DNA of 63,700 nucleotides, filler included, from Pelomyxa schiedti (Eukaryota > Protista > Evosea), in the NCBI GenBank assembly GCA_020536535.1. It is 10 parts of 10 records of this genome, joined end to end, with 100 filler letters (N's around TTAATTAATTAA, not from the genome) between each part and the next. Parts side by side here need not be neighbours in the genome. Positions count along the whole stretch, not along the records: positions 9,222 to 11,525 come from JAHLWZ010002040.1; positions 11,626 to 12,847 come from JAHLWZ010002679.1; positions 12,948 to 42,111 come from JAHLWZ010001012.1; 7 more parts are not named here. One strand, given 5' to 3'. Positions 10,278-21,439 of the stretch are shown here, in pieces. The position numbers and the translations under genes are program-made. Numbering within the stretch: position 1 is the stretch's first letter; each line of letters starts with the position of its first letter. The notes beneath the pieces are model-generated. The model did not search any database, was not told the origin of the DNA, and worked only from the letters and a program-made list of their open reading frames with translations.

Positions 10278-11525
10278 ACAACTCCTACCAACATGTGGTG
10301 TTCAAGAAGGACCTCAAACTCCACCTTCTGAATTGCTGCTGACATTACAAGCTGCACTGCATCTCACTGACACAGACCTACAGCTTGCAGGAAAGTCATC
10401 TGCAAATGCACAAAGGAAAGCCATCTCTGACTGGGCTGCAAAAACTGGAAACATGGAAACAACAAAAACAGCTGTGGCTTCTATCAAAGAAAAGCAAGCA
10501 CAAGTTGTTCCTCAGCAACAGCCACGCAAACGCAGACCTTCAGCTTCACAAGTGGCACCCATTCCCAAGGAGACTGCTACAGCACCTCAGCCAAAACGAC
10601 CCCGAAAGCGTTAAAACCTTGGCGGACCACATGTTAGTAACAGATTTCGCAGAATGGTACAATCTACAGCGTTGTGTCAAAAAATCGAAATTGTCGCATC
10701 GTTGTGTCAAAAACCAAGAAATTGGAGTTATTTGACCCCCAAAATTGTAAATTGTTTCAAATTTTCCTCGTCGTCCTATTATTCAGTTCACCGGGCCGCC
10801 GATGGGTTTATTAGGGGCAATCTGAGACTGATTCCGGGAGTTGTAAGGTGCTCGAAAGTCCCCAACAAAACAACAAATTAAATTGAATGAAACTCCCCCC
10901 CTCAGCACCTTCAAAGAAGATGAAACAAAAAAGGAAAACACAGAGGAAAAGAAGCAAGGTGACCGAAAGGGAAACCAAGCCGCGACTGCAGCGGGGTTCG
11001 GATGAATCGGTTGCAGAAAACCCCCACACAAACTTCTGGAGTGGAACCCGGGTTGCGCCCCTCGCGGTGGTTGGGCTGTGGGCAGATCCATTCACGAAGG
11101 GGCTCAGCCCCTCATGGACAGAGAATAGCCAGTCCTCTCAGGCCTCTGACGGTGACGTGAACCCCCCCCCGCCCTGTGTCTTCCTCACTGGGGACTATTT
11201 TTTGCTCTTTTTTTATTTTGGGTCCTGTAACGCCAGCGTTGCACTTTGTACACTCGAGAAGTGGCGTGCACCAACGTCCCAGCACTTTTTCGTGGACAGA
11301 CAGTTCGGAGTGAACCACTCTGGTATATCGCGAGACTGCTATTTCACTGTTTGGTTGGTTTTTTACCAACTTCGTGGCGTTACAAAAGTGACCCATCATG
11401 CTCTGTTGCAAGATTTGGCTGATAACAGCTGCACGGAATTAAATACAGTGGGGAGGTCTGGGGACTGATTTGCCTTACAAAGTTTCTCCCTTTTTTGTGG
11501 TTCTTGTTGTTGACTATTTTCACTT

Positions 11526-11625
11526 NNNNNNNNNNNNNNNNNNNNNNNNNNNNNNNNNNNNNNNNNNNNTTAATTAATTAANNNNNNNNNNNNNNNNNNN
11601 NNNNNNNNNNNNNNNNNNNNNNNNN
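11526..11625. other. Artificial assembly linker 5
   Basis: N44-TTAATTAATTAA-N44. Confidence 0.99.
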
Positions 11626-12313
11626 GGTACAACGGCGGGTGATTCAAGGAAAGGCCATTAGAATGAACGCTCCGGCCGTTCCTGTGAATGGCCGGCTCTG
11701 TCCCTAACTAAGTTTCCCGATGATTCTTGGAACTTGCTCTCTGACACCGATGCTTTGGGGTGTTGCAGAACGGGGAGGACTGGTTGGTTGAGGAAGTCCT
11801 GTCATACACCCAAATGAGTGGGACCTTTTCTTTCGTTGTGAGCACTGATCCCTCTGTCACCAGACGTTTTTGACGCCGTTGTCCGACCCGTTCGACTTGG
11901 GTGCTTGTGTGCACCTGTTTGGGGTTGCTTGTGGCTCAAGGGTGTACAATTCAAAGAGCAAGAGGAGTGCTACGGTCATTGGGGTTCACAGCGCCAGGTT
12001 GTGGATAGAGACAAGGGTGCAAGTATGATGCCATACAAAAATAAAAAACAGGGTGGCTGTTTTTTTCCCTATCACTTTCCTGTAAAAAAAGCCAGGGGAA
12101 CGAAACGAAACGAAACTCGAAAGGATTTATTGATACGATTACCCCTCCACTTCCATCCTCGCTAATAAGGTGAAAAACCAAACATAAACTGAAGAGTTTT
12201 TATAAAAAGAAGACGATGACAACCTGCTGTCTATGTGGGTGTTGTTTGTTGGTCACGGCTCTGGGCACTGACGTCGGTGTTGATTGTTTTCACGGAAAGT
12301 GCAGTTGTGTCTC

Positions 12314-12847
12314 ATGGTGAGCCGGGTGATCAACGTCGTTGTACTCAGACATAATTTGACCTTGGTGTTACGTCGGGGAAGTTGTTACTTTCTTGCTCAG
12401 CTTTTGTAGTATTTAGTCGTAAATAGGCTCGCTTGAAAAAAGCAATTGAAGTTTTCAAGCTAGAGCGCCCTGATGTGGGCATTAACGTGGAATGGGCCAC
12501 TTTTTTATTGCAACCCTCAATTCCTTCCCCTTCTATTGATTGGAAATTGGCCTATGGGTACTTTTTTTCCCTGAAGTTCCCACTATTCAATAATTATTTT
12601 GGAGGCTCTATGCTGGTTGGACAAGATATGAGCAACACCCTGCCTATAAACAAGATGGACTTCCATTTGCAAATTGGCCCCACGTTCCAAATACAGTATC
12701 CACCTCGGAGTTTTCTTTCACCTAACCTACATTTATATATTAACAGGTAAATGCTCACCGTTTGATCTGTCACCTCCCAAAAGAAAAGAAGAATAAAGCC
12801 GTTTCACTATTGTTCTTCAAAAACTATGAAGTGGGTCCCTGTTTTGC
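12314..12847 (+). CDS. FrnE-like DsbA-family thiol:disulfide oxidoreductase with UxxC motif (candidate selenoprotein); 3' truncated
   Basis: Spliced product YSDII*PWCYVGE/ARLKKAIEVFKLERPDVGINVEWATFLLQPSIPSPSIDWKLAYG/LYAGWTRYEQHPAYKQDGLPFANWPHVPNT/VNAHRLICHLPKEKKNKAVSLLFFKNYE, using introns 12381-12426, 12558-12604 and 12696-12746. It aligns with the FrnE pattern SD..CPWCY.G..RL.KA...V.W.PF.L.P...NT..AHRLI. TGA at 12357-12359 occupies the first Cys. There is a frame break between MVSRVINVVV and YSD. Confidence 0.85.
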
Positions 12848-12947
12848 NNNNNNNNNNNNNNNNNNNNNNNNNNNNNNNNNNNNNNNNNNNNTTAATTAAT
12901 TAANNNNNNNNNNNNNNNNNNNNNNNNNNNNNNNNNNNNNNNNNNNN
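12848..12947. other. Artificial assembly linker 6
   Basis: N44-TTAATTAATTAA-N44. Confidence 0.99.
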
Positions 12948-13415
12948 CTGAAGCCAATCTCCAATCCTTGATTTTAACAACTTGGACTGTACTGTAGCAC
13001 GAAAGGGCGGCTCTGACACCGTCAAACGCAGTGTACAAAAGACCAGACGCAGTGGACCCCATTGCAACTTATGGGCGTACGGGGTTGGTATGATTGAGCT
13101 CTGTCAGGATCTCTGAGGCAAGCACGCGTGCCTGGGCGAATTGTTCGTTGGTCGAGAAATTTTATGTGATACACAAACGATGATTTGATTTTCGTGGTTC
13201 CTGGAAAAACAGATGGGGAAGGTCAAGTCCCCTTTCGGCAACTCCCAGAAGCTTGGCATTCTCAACTGTGACAGGAACCCCCCAAATGTTTTGGGACTCC
13301 TGTACTCCAACAATGTATGATTGGGAAGGTCATGATTGGCGCCTCACTAAAACACTGGGTCACTTCAAACCTGTGAATGCCATCAAGTTTTTCTGTTGAA
13401 TTCGGTGGGTGGCAG

Positions 13416-16104
13416 ATGTCACAGTGTCACGACGAGGACAGCTATTCGTCTTCATCAGGGAGTGACAACGATGACCCTTCGCCGGTGAGGGGGCACTTTT
13501 TTACGGTTCCTTTGTTGGAGACGGCGTGACACTAACTTGCTTGCGTTTCCCGATTTAGGCACCTTCGAGGAAACTAAGGTCGCATACGCAATACCCAAAG
13601 GTACTTAAATGTCTGTTGTCGTTTACTGAAACCCAAAAAAAACTACGTAATATTTTGGACAGGAATCACTGGCAAAAAAGGAACATAAACAAACCCTAAT
13701 TTCCCCTTAGGATATTGTGCAACCATCACCCAAAGTAAAGAGACTCAATCCTGGAGAGCCCTTTCAAATCATTACTCCACCTCCTTCAGACAAGTTAACG
13801 ACTGCAAGTCCCAATGGAGAAAACAGCTCTGGTGTATCCCAACATCTTGACGAGAAATCAGTACCTACACTCGCTGCGGTTACAACTTCTGTTAATAGAA
13901 GGAGACCACCTGAGTTGGACATTGCCTTCACTCTGTGGAGTTTAGTACTTCCCACGTGTTACCCACAAATATTTCCCAAACACATGAAGCCTTACAAACC
14001 GCTGCCGTTGACACCGTTTTACACAGAGGAAACTGAAGTTATTGCCATCAGTCTTGCAGAAGCGTTATTCCCTCTCATTCCTCTTGTTGCTAGGCATGCA
14101 TCACATAGGTGGATATCCCCACTCCGTGCGTTTACGGCATGCGCGGCATGTGGGGCATTAAAGATTGCCCAGTGGATAAGTACCAGACCACTGTTCAAGG
14201 AGTACTGCAAGAGTCATGAAGGCTGGCAATATACAAAACCAGGTCCTCTGACACTTAGTTGTAGTGCAGGGAGCTTGCCTTTTGTGACTTGGTTTGCAGA
14301 ACAGTTCACCACACCCAAGACAACAAAACGCAGTACTATACACAGAGCCCTTTGCGGAGCCTGCACCGGTGGACACAATAACATTGCAGAGTTCATCATC
14401 AGGCGGTTTCATTCAGTTTTGTTGACATGTGATTCCGACAAACAATTCGAAATTCTGGCAAGTGCTTGTGAATCTGGAAATCTTACCTTGGCAGAGTACA
14501 TTGTGGAAAGCTTTCATCTCACTAAAAGAAAACTGCAGTACAGTGTAGAGCTGGAGCAGACTGTTTGCAGCATGTTTGCAAGCGGGAATCTGGAGATGGT
14601 CATGTGGATGCAACGGTACTTCGAAATCAACCTCAAGGTATGGAAGCTTTTTGCCCCACGGTGCATGCACAATGCCTGTAAACATGGTAAATTGGAGATG
14701 GCGAAGTGGCTGTGGACGAAGAAATATCTTGTTGACGGAAAATGTCCCTCAGACTTACTCACTACGGCATTTACCGGAAAGCTCCCTTCAATGGGATTTT
14801 GGATTGCCTCCACTTTCCCCGAGCATTCACGAACATGCCTGTGGCAGTCAATTTGCCGAGTACTGGAGATTGGTAAAGGAGATCTTGCATCCGAAATTGT
14901 TGAAACACTTGGTATGCCTTCGCTTACCTCAGATGAGATAATGCACATGTTTCTACACTTCTGCAAGAGTGGCAATTTAAGTGGCGTTCAGTGGTTGGAT
15001 GACCATAGTGAAATTACGGCAGCTGATGTGGCTAGTATTTCATGGATACAAACCGGATGTCTTACAGATATAGAGGACTCTCTATTAGCACAAACCAAGA
15101 CCGTTGCTTTGCTGAAATGGCTTATCAGTCGCTATGGGTTATCTCAACCTTGCCGTGAATTTTTCCGGCTCTGCTGCAAAAACAGTGTATGTGAAGCAAA
15201 CGAAGATATTTTATCACTATTCCCGCCCTCGGCTTTGGTACCAGTACCCACCATCACTTCTTCTACAAGCTCCAAGACAGTGGAGTGGTTGTGTAAGAAG
15301 CACCTGGCTTCCAAGGTTGACCTCTCCCTCGTTCTTCAGCTGGAGGACTACGAGTCTTTCTACTCCATCGTAGCAATGAGACACATTGCCGAGGACATGG
15401 CACTTACCCGAGAAGATGTCAACGTAACCAACTGGATCGTTGTAGCAGCCACATGCATGTGCTTCAAGCCGGAGGAAGCTCACCTGCAAGCCATCATGAA
15501 GCAGTTTTCCGTAACTCCCACCGAGGCCGTATCTCCGTTCCGCGTGTTCTGCGCCCACGGAGACCAGCATCACGCCAAGTGGATAGCAGAAGAAATGAAC
15601 ATATCTCGAGAGCACGTGGGCCAAGCCAACTTCGCGGACTTTGTATCCCTGCTGTGGAGGTGCCCCGCGGACGAATGCAACTTTGGAGTGTGGTTTGTGA
15701 ACCACTTCCGGCTCGCGCGGGAAGACGTGATCAAGTCCGGCAACAGCGCCGCGTTTGTGACACTGTGCAACCATCTCACCAATTCCATAGAACCCGTGAG
15801 GCTGATAGCTTCCCGGTTCTCACTAACAAAGCAGGACATTCCGCTCCCGGTTACGGACCACTTCTCGTTGGCTTCTGACTTGTACCCAACCAACTACGTG
15901 GGCTGCGGCGTTCGTGGAACCGTTGACTTTTGCCCGCACACGGCCCTGATGACAGTGCTGGCTGATCACTTTGGGCTCAGTGTGGACGAGATTGGCGTCA
16001 GGCCTGATTCTCCTGAATGGTTGCAGGCCTGGGCCAGAAGCTACTATGGGAAAAAGACCGAAGGAGAAGAACCCAATCCCTACCACAAAGAAAATTCCAC
16101 CTGA
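13416..16104 (+). CDS. Degenerate ankyrin-repeat protein (lineage-expanded family); short spliced 5' exons then a 2.4-kb exon
   Basis: ATG 13416 (MSQCHDEDSY...) with GT-AG introns leading into ORF 13717-16104. Repeats ALCGACTGGHNNIAEFII, LASACESGNLTLAEYIV, MHNACKHGKLEMAKWL, FLHFCKSGNLSGVQWL and FRVFCAHGDQHHAKWI are ankyrin-like. Confidence 0.75.
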
Positions 16105-16163
16105 ACACCAAAAAGAGCCACCCATCAAAGAAAGGCCAACAATTTAATCTTTTGTTTTAGAGA

Positions 16164-17029
16164 ATGGCCGTTGCCCACGCAGCAATAGCTTTTGCAGCAC
16201 TTTTTCAGACGAGCGCCGACAGGTGGACAAAACACAAGCTACACGTAGAACTGTCTGTGGTTCCGTAGATCCATGCACTAACTTTCCTCTTGTTCTCTGT
16301 GGAACGATTCCCGAAACTGCTCAAATTGATAGAGTGCTTTGCCCTTTCTTTGCCAAGACGGGTGCTTGTCGATATGGTGACAGATGTGGCAGAGTGCACG
16401 AGCGTCCCGTCTTCTCCAAGACTTTATTACTGAGTCACATGTAAGTCTTGATGCGCGATGCTTTCCATAGACGGGTGGGAAGATATAATCAACTTTTTCC
16501 CTAGGTACATCCCTGTAAACTCGTCTGAAGCTACGTCGTCTGAAGCTACGCCCTCTCTCTCGAAGGAACAGCGGACTGCCTTTGAAACATTTTGTGAAGT
16601 ATTCCTTCCTTTCCCCAATACAATGAAGCAATGTTGATTCTGTTGTGTCAGGATGTACTCACAGAGCTCTCCAAATACGGCAAAATTGACTCTTTCAACG
16701 TGTGTGCAAATCTCTCAGAGCACCTGTTTGGAAATGTCATTATAATATACTCTAATGAGCTTGAAGCAGCACGTGCTTTGAAGGCCGTTCATGGGCGATA
16801 CTATGACGGTAATTCCCGCTCCTGACGTTATGTATTTCCCAAGAATGCATACAGGGCGCAAAGTAATTGCCGAGCTATCACCCCTGACTGATCTCCGTGT
16901 GGTTAGATCTCCTATTCTCTAACAGCTGAAACTAACCCTTAATGGCAGGGAAAGTGCCAGCAGTTTGACAGTGGGTTGTGCTCCCGTGGACCCTACTGCA
17001 ACTTTCTCCACATTATTCCGTTTGGATAG
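16164..17029 (+). CDS. ZRSR2: U2AF35-family CCCH-UHM-CCCH splicing factor, ZRSR2/URP-like
   Basis: Spliced [39 protein letters not shown]...[35 protein letters not shown]...[53 protein letters not shown] and the lack of the ASIFGTE N-terminus favour ZRSR2 over U2AF1. Start codon uncertain. Confidence 0.75.
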
Positions 17030-17174
17030 CGCCAGTCTTTTCCTGGGTGACAGTACAATCCCAACCTTTTCAACAGGAAACAAAATTCTACAACAACAAC
17101 GGTTTTTTTTCCTCATTTTATACACAGCAGACATGGAAGTCTAATTGTTGTTCCCAGCAGTAGTTGGACCCACA

Positions 17175-17436
17175 CACCACAACCCCCCAAAACGACCTGT
17201 GTTGGCACAATAACTTGGCTCGGAGGGTGTCTTGGGGGGTTGCGGTGCTGGGTTGGTTTCCCGCGGGTGGTTCTTCCTTCTCCTGCAAAAGTACAAGTTA
17301 GTGCAAGATTCAAAGTCGGAAAGCACACACTTTAAAATGTTCCAGGGTCCAATAATATCCAAGAGAGAACCACAACCCCAATAACCCTGTGTCGGCACAA
17401 TAACTCGGCTCGGGGGGTGTCTGGGGTTGTGGTTCT
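17175..17436. repeat. Two related ~72-nt hairpin elements (17175-17247, 17366-17436)
   Basis: Terminal stems are 16 bp (1 mismatch) and 15 bp (perfect); both enclose a 41-nt core that is 34/41 identical between copies. Confidence 0.85.
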
Positions 17437-18615
17437 TCCTTCTCCGTAGTAGGTGGTATATATGCAGGTTATATTAACATGGTGTGCGAAGTATGGTGAA
17501 AAACAGCAAGCAATAATTTTGACTTGGTTGCGATTTGAGGGTAGGGAGAAGAAGAAGAAGAAAAAGAGAGCAAACAGGGGGACAAGCATACACTGTGAAA
17601 GTGTGGAATCTGGTCTGTTTTCGGCCAGCACCACTTGCTGGTCGTTGTGTGCGGCGGCCGAAGGAAGCATGACTTTGATGTGATGGAGTGGGGTCTCGTG
17701 ATCACGTACGTGACTCAGGACACGCGAACTCGTAAGTGAAGGTACAAGGTAGTATCTCGCCCAGCCATTATATTTTATGGCCACTTGGTTGTGCAGTTGT
17801 TGTCGAGTGCCGAGGGGTCACCCCCTGGCAGAAACCGTTGGTTCGTAGTTAGTCAGTTTCCTTTTTTCCTTTTGACCAAACAATAATATCCTTTTAGGCG
17901 GAGGGTAAAGTATTAGTTTCCCGTAAAAAGCGTCCAAAATGAACGTTCTAATCGGTTTCTAATTGTTTCTGATGATTTCTAATCCATGCCAACCCCCCAG
18001 ACTCGCCTTGTTCTTGCCAAAACAACCAGGCAGTGTTGTCCTCACCTCTATGGTTCTGGACGGTAGGTCGGGAAAGTTCACCTTGGTGGGGAGCCTGATC
18101 TGTTAGCTGAACCACGGGTATTTTTTTTCCTCTTTGAGGAGTGGGCTCGGGATGAGCACCGAACTGTGCAACCTGACGTGGCCTGCTATGACCGCGGACA
18201 CATGTAGAGTCGTTTGCCCTCAAAACCGGTGGCACCGGATTTGCGACAGTCAAAGAGGGGAAAAAAAAACCCTGCTTTCCGCCCCCACCCATCAGCCCGG
18301 GGCAAGCTGTTCTCAGGAAGACCCTGCAGATTTGCAGGATGACTTGAGGCTTGTGGCCCGAGCCAAACTACACTGAGAGTTACCCAGCCTCTCAGATTCC
18401 AAGCGCCACCTGATGACCACCATCGGCGAAAAAACGCCCCTTTTTTTTCCTTCTTTGCCCGAGACCAGCGGAACGCCAAACTGTGAGTCGTGACGTGGAG
18501 GGATGTGTCCACCAATGTACGTAGTGCCGTTTGTGGCCAACGCTGCCAATGCCGGAATTGCGACAACCCTCGTTCCGGCAAAGGAGGAAAAATAAAGGCA
18601 TGCCTTTCGCCAATC

Positions 18616-18664
18616 CTGTGAATCTAATAGGACTGAGGAGGCCTGAGTCCTATTAGATTCACAG
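18616..18664. repeat. Perfect 19-bp inverted repeat with 11-nt loop
   Basis: CTGTGAATCTAATAGGACT-gaggaggcctg-AGTCCTATTAGATTCACAG. Confidence 0.95.
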
Positions 18665-18832
18665 AACGTTCAGCGTGGACGTTGTTTTTGGCGAGTTTAC
18701 CACGGACTTAAGTTTACATTGTAAACAAAGTTACATTCCAGCTAAAAGGATATGATACTCCTGGAGATTGATTCAATCTTTGCACTTAATACTTTCAAAG
18801 TTTGTTCAATTCTAGTGTCTGGCTGTTGAACA

Positions 18833-20095
18833 TTGTGCGATAATCAAACCACTCGTGCATTGGATAGCAATGCGGGAACACAGCGCGTTGGGGATTCATT
18901 TCAACACTATGACACCGTTGTTCACGCATTCGCGTACTCACTTCAAGCTTCAATAAACCAACAAGTCTCCTCATCTCTCCCTGTTACATTTGGCGAAAAA
19001 AGAGCCTCTTTGGGCCAACGCATCTCCTCCTCATGAGTGTCAGCCAATGCATTGTTGATATTTCGTTCAAATTCATGAAAAGTATGTTGGAATATATACG
19101 CTTGCCTTGTTTGCTTACCGCTCTCGTAATCGCGAGTTGCTTTCGGATTTGTCATATAATGAGCTTGATGTTAAAAAGAAGTCACCACTCTCGGACCCCA
19201 GGGGGGACTGTGTGGCTCCGTCAGGTAATGACAAATGACATTGCCAACCAATCCCTCTTGGTAGGGAGGACCCACAACGAGCTGGCTCATCCTCATCACA
19301 CAATTCCCTCTCTCAGACCCCTACCAAAGCTTATATTGTGTCTGTGCCGGAAGTATTATGTGCAAGGTTAAACTCTTATCTTTTGTCATTTCTCTAGTTA
19401 CTTATCGTAGCCATGAATGCAATCCTTGCTCCATTGTATTATGTTTGCACATCTGAGGCCGGAAAAGATGTTTTTCTCTGCAATCCCAATTGACCTTGTA
19501 ATATAAGAAGCTCTTTTACAAATGCAGAGGCTGATACATTTTTTTGTTTCAGTGGTCTTATGGATCATTTCATCAAATCTTATGTTTGAGTGTATTTTCA
19601 TTATCACCAATTCAGAATTCCAAATCAGAATGGACTCCTCATCAGTTGGTGTACACAAGACACTTGGAAAGCTTGATTATGAGGTCCAACAACTCAAATT
19701 ATATCAACCAACAATGATACCGAATCGCAGTTGTGGACCTTAGAAAGCAAAGGGCTTACCATTGAAGTTTACATATGTATCCTTTTTTTGTTTCTTATTT
19801 TTATTCAGTTGTATACCCTGCAGTGGATATTGTTACTAGTTTCCCAGGTGATATCTTCACTTGGTATTTACATTGCAGACTAATTTATAATAGGAATTTG
19901 ATTTCCCTGATGTATGCACCCTCCTTTTTAGCCGACGCAAATAGGTTTGATTTCATGCTGTATTTCTGTTGTGCTATGATAATGTACGCTCCATTCTTTT
20001 CACAATTAATGGCTCATTTACCAAACAGAAATGTGAGAGACGAACTATTGGTAGGGGACTTCCCTTCCAATATCTTCAGGTCTACTATGCAATAG
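18833..20095 (+). CDS. Hypothetical multi-exon membrane protein
   Basis: Several hydrophobic same-strand ORF pieces (19033-19371, 19522-19743, 19775-20095) with plausible GT-AG junctions; no family recognised. Confidence 0.35.
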
Positions 20096-20521
20096 GAAAA
20101 AGCTCATAAATCTTAATCTGCTCAAAACAAAAAAGAGTTACCCTCGATGACTTAATACTCTTCTACAACAAGCTGCCGAACTTCGTGATGACACCGATCC
20201 TCTACTTAAAAATGCCATACCCCTGAATCAAAAGAGAGGAGGATTTCTCCCCTACCCGGCATGACACTGGCAGTGATTGCAAAGAAAGCTCAGATAATGG
20301 CACGCAGACAATAACTCGCACTCTAATGAAGGCACTGATACTACATCAACCCCTTTGGGTGTGAGAACGCTTGGCAGGGTTGCCTAATATTAAGTCAATA
20401 AACAACACCTTTCAGTCACCACTTTGATGGCACAATCTAGTATTTAAAAGAGACGCTGATATGGTTTCCAAGTTGAATGAAAACACGAATTTCGAACTCC
20501 CGACTTTTCGTTCCAGTAAAA

Positions 20522-21376
20522 ATGCACTCGGCCACTTCGCAGACAGTCCCTGTGGTGACAACGAAAAGCAGCAAGACAATAACGTCATGCTTTCGCTCCT
20601 ACAACGCCATCGCGGCCATCAGGCAGTCCCTGTCTCAGTCCCCTTCCACCCCCGACGCCACCACCACCACAACAACAACCACTAGGAGCAGGCCAACTCT
20701 TCTGCAACTCGGCGTCGGCCTAGCAACTTCCACCCCCTCCTCGCCCTCAGCCCCAGCGGTGAAGTTCGTGCCCGAGTTTGTGGAGCTGGTGTGCGCGGCC
20801 TGGGACACCCCCTGCGACCTCGACGTGGTCGACCACAGCCCCGAGGCCATCGCCCTGTGCGCCGCCCCCAGGCTCGCCTACTGCCCCCCGTCGGACGACG
20901 AGATGGCCAAGCAGGTCGAGCCGACCAAGAAGCGCACGCTTCTGGACCAAGTCAGGCTGAGGAGTGTGCCTGTCAAGCCGGCAGATTGTGGCTCTGGCTC
21001 TTGTTCTTCTTCCGAGGGATCTGGGTCTGGGTCTGGGTCAGGGGAGGTTTTGTTGGAGGTGGACATGGGGGCGTGTGGGCATTGCATCAGGACTTTCATG
21101 TGTGACTTTAGTGCGTTCGAGATGGCGCCCGAAAGGTATGATGTCGTTGTGGCTCTGAATTCCGTGTGGTATTTGCTGAGGAACCCCGAGTTTAGACCTC
21201 ACCACCCTGCCTTTGTGAAGAGATTGCTGTTGTGCCTAAAGATAGAGGGGTGTTTGTATCTGGACCAGCCTACATTTGGAATGATTGAGGCTCTGATTGA
21301 GGCAATACATGGGTTCTCTGTGAACAGGCTTGGGGGATACCCTATTTCCATTTTCATGATTCAAAGAACACAATGA
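20522..21376 (+). CDS. Hypothetical protein, possibly class I SAM-methyltransferase-like C-terminal half
   Basis: Single long GC-rich ORF. IRTFMCDFSAF...YDVVVALNSVWYLL...LLLCLKIEGCLYLD resembles the post-motif-II strands of class I methyltransferases, but no clear GxGxG motif I is seen. Confidence 0.5.
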   Translation: MHSATSQTVPVVTTKSSKTITSCFRSYNAIAAIRQSLSQSPSTPDATTTTTTTTRSRPTLLQLGVGLATSTPSSPSAPAVKFVPEFVELVCAAWDTPCDLDVVDHSPEAIALCAAPRLAYCPPSDDEMAKQVEPTKKRTLLDQVRLRSVPVKPADCGSGSCSSSEGSGSGSGSGEVLLEVDMGACGHCIRTFMCDFSAFEMAPERYDVVVALNSVWYLLRNPEFRPHHPAFVKRLLLCLKIEGCLYLDQPTFGMIEALIEAIHGFSVNRLGGYPISIFMIQRTQ

Positions 21377-21439
21377 ATGTTTTAACAAAATATTTCGCTA
21401 TTTCTTTTTTTTTTTCAAACATTTATGGAGTTGAGGTGT

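Noticed and set aside
10670-10713. 14-bp direct repeat CGTTGTGTCAAAAA at 30-nt spacing
   Set aside because: Only two copies and no associated TIR or transposase; too weak to call a regulatory or mobile-element feature.
11626-12020. Exon LSDPFDLGACVHLFGVACGSRVYNSKSKRSATVIGVHSARLWIE (plus strand)
   Set aside because: Looks protein-like, but no gene model or family could be supported on this truncated segment.
12948-13400. WD40-like C-terminus (GHFKPVNAIKFF) or a minus-strand exon set
   Set aside because: The two strands give competing short frames and neither could be confirmed.
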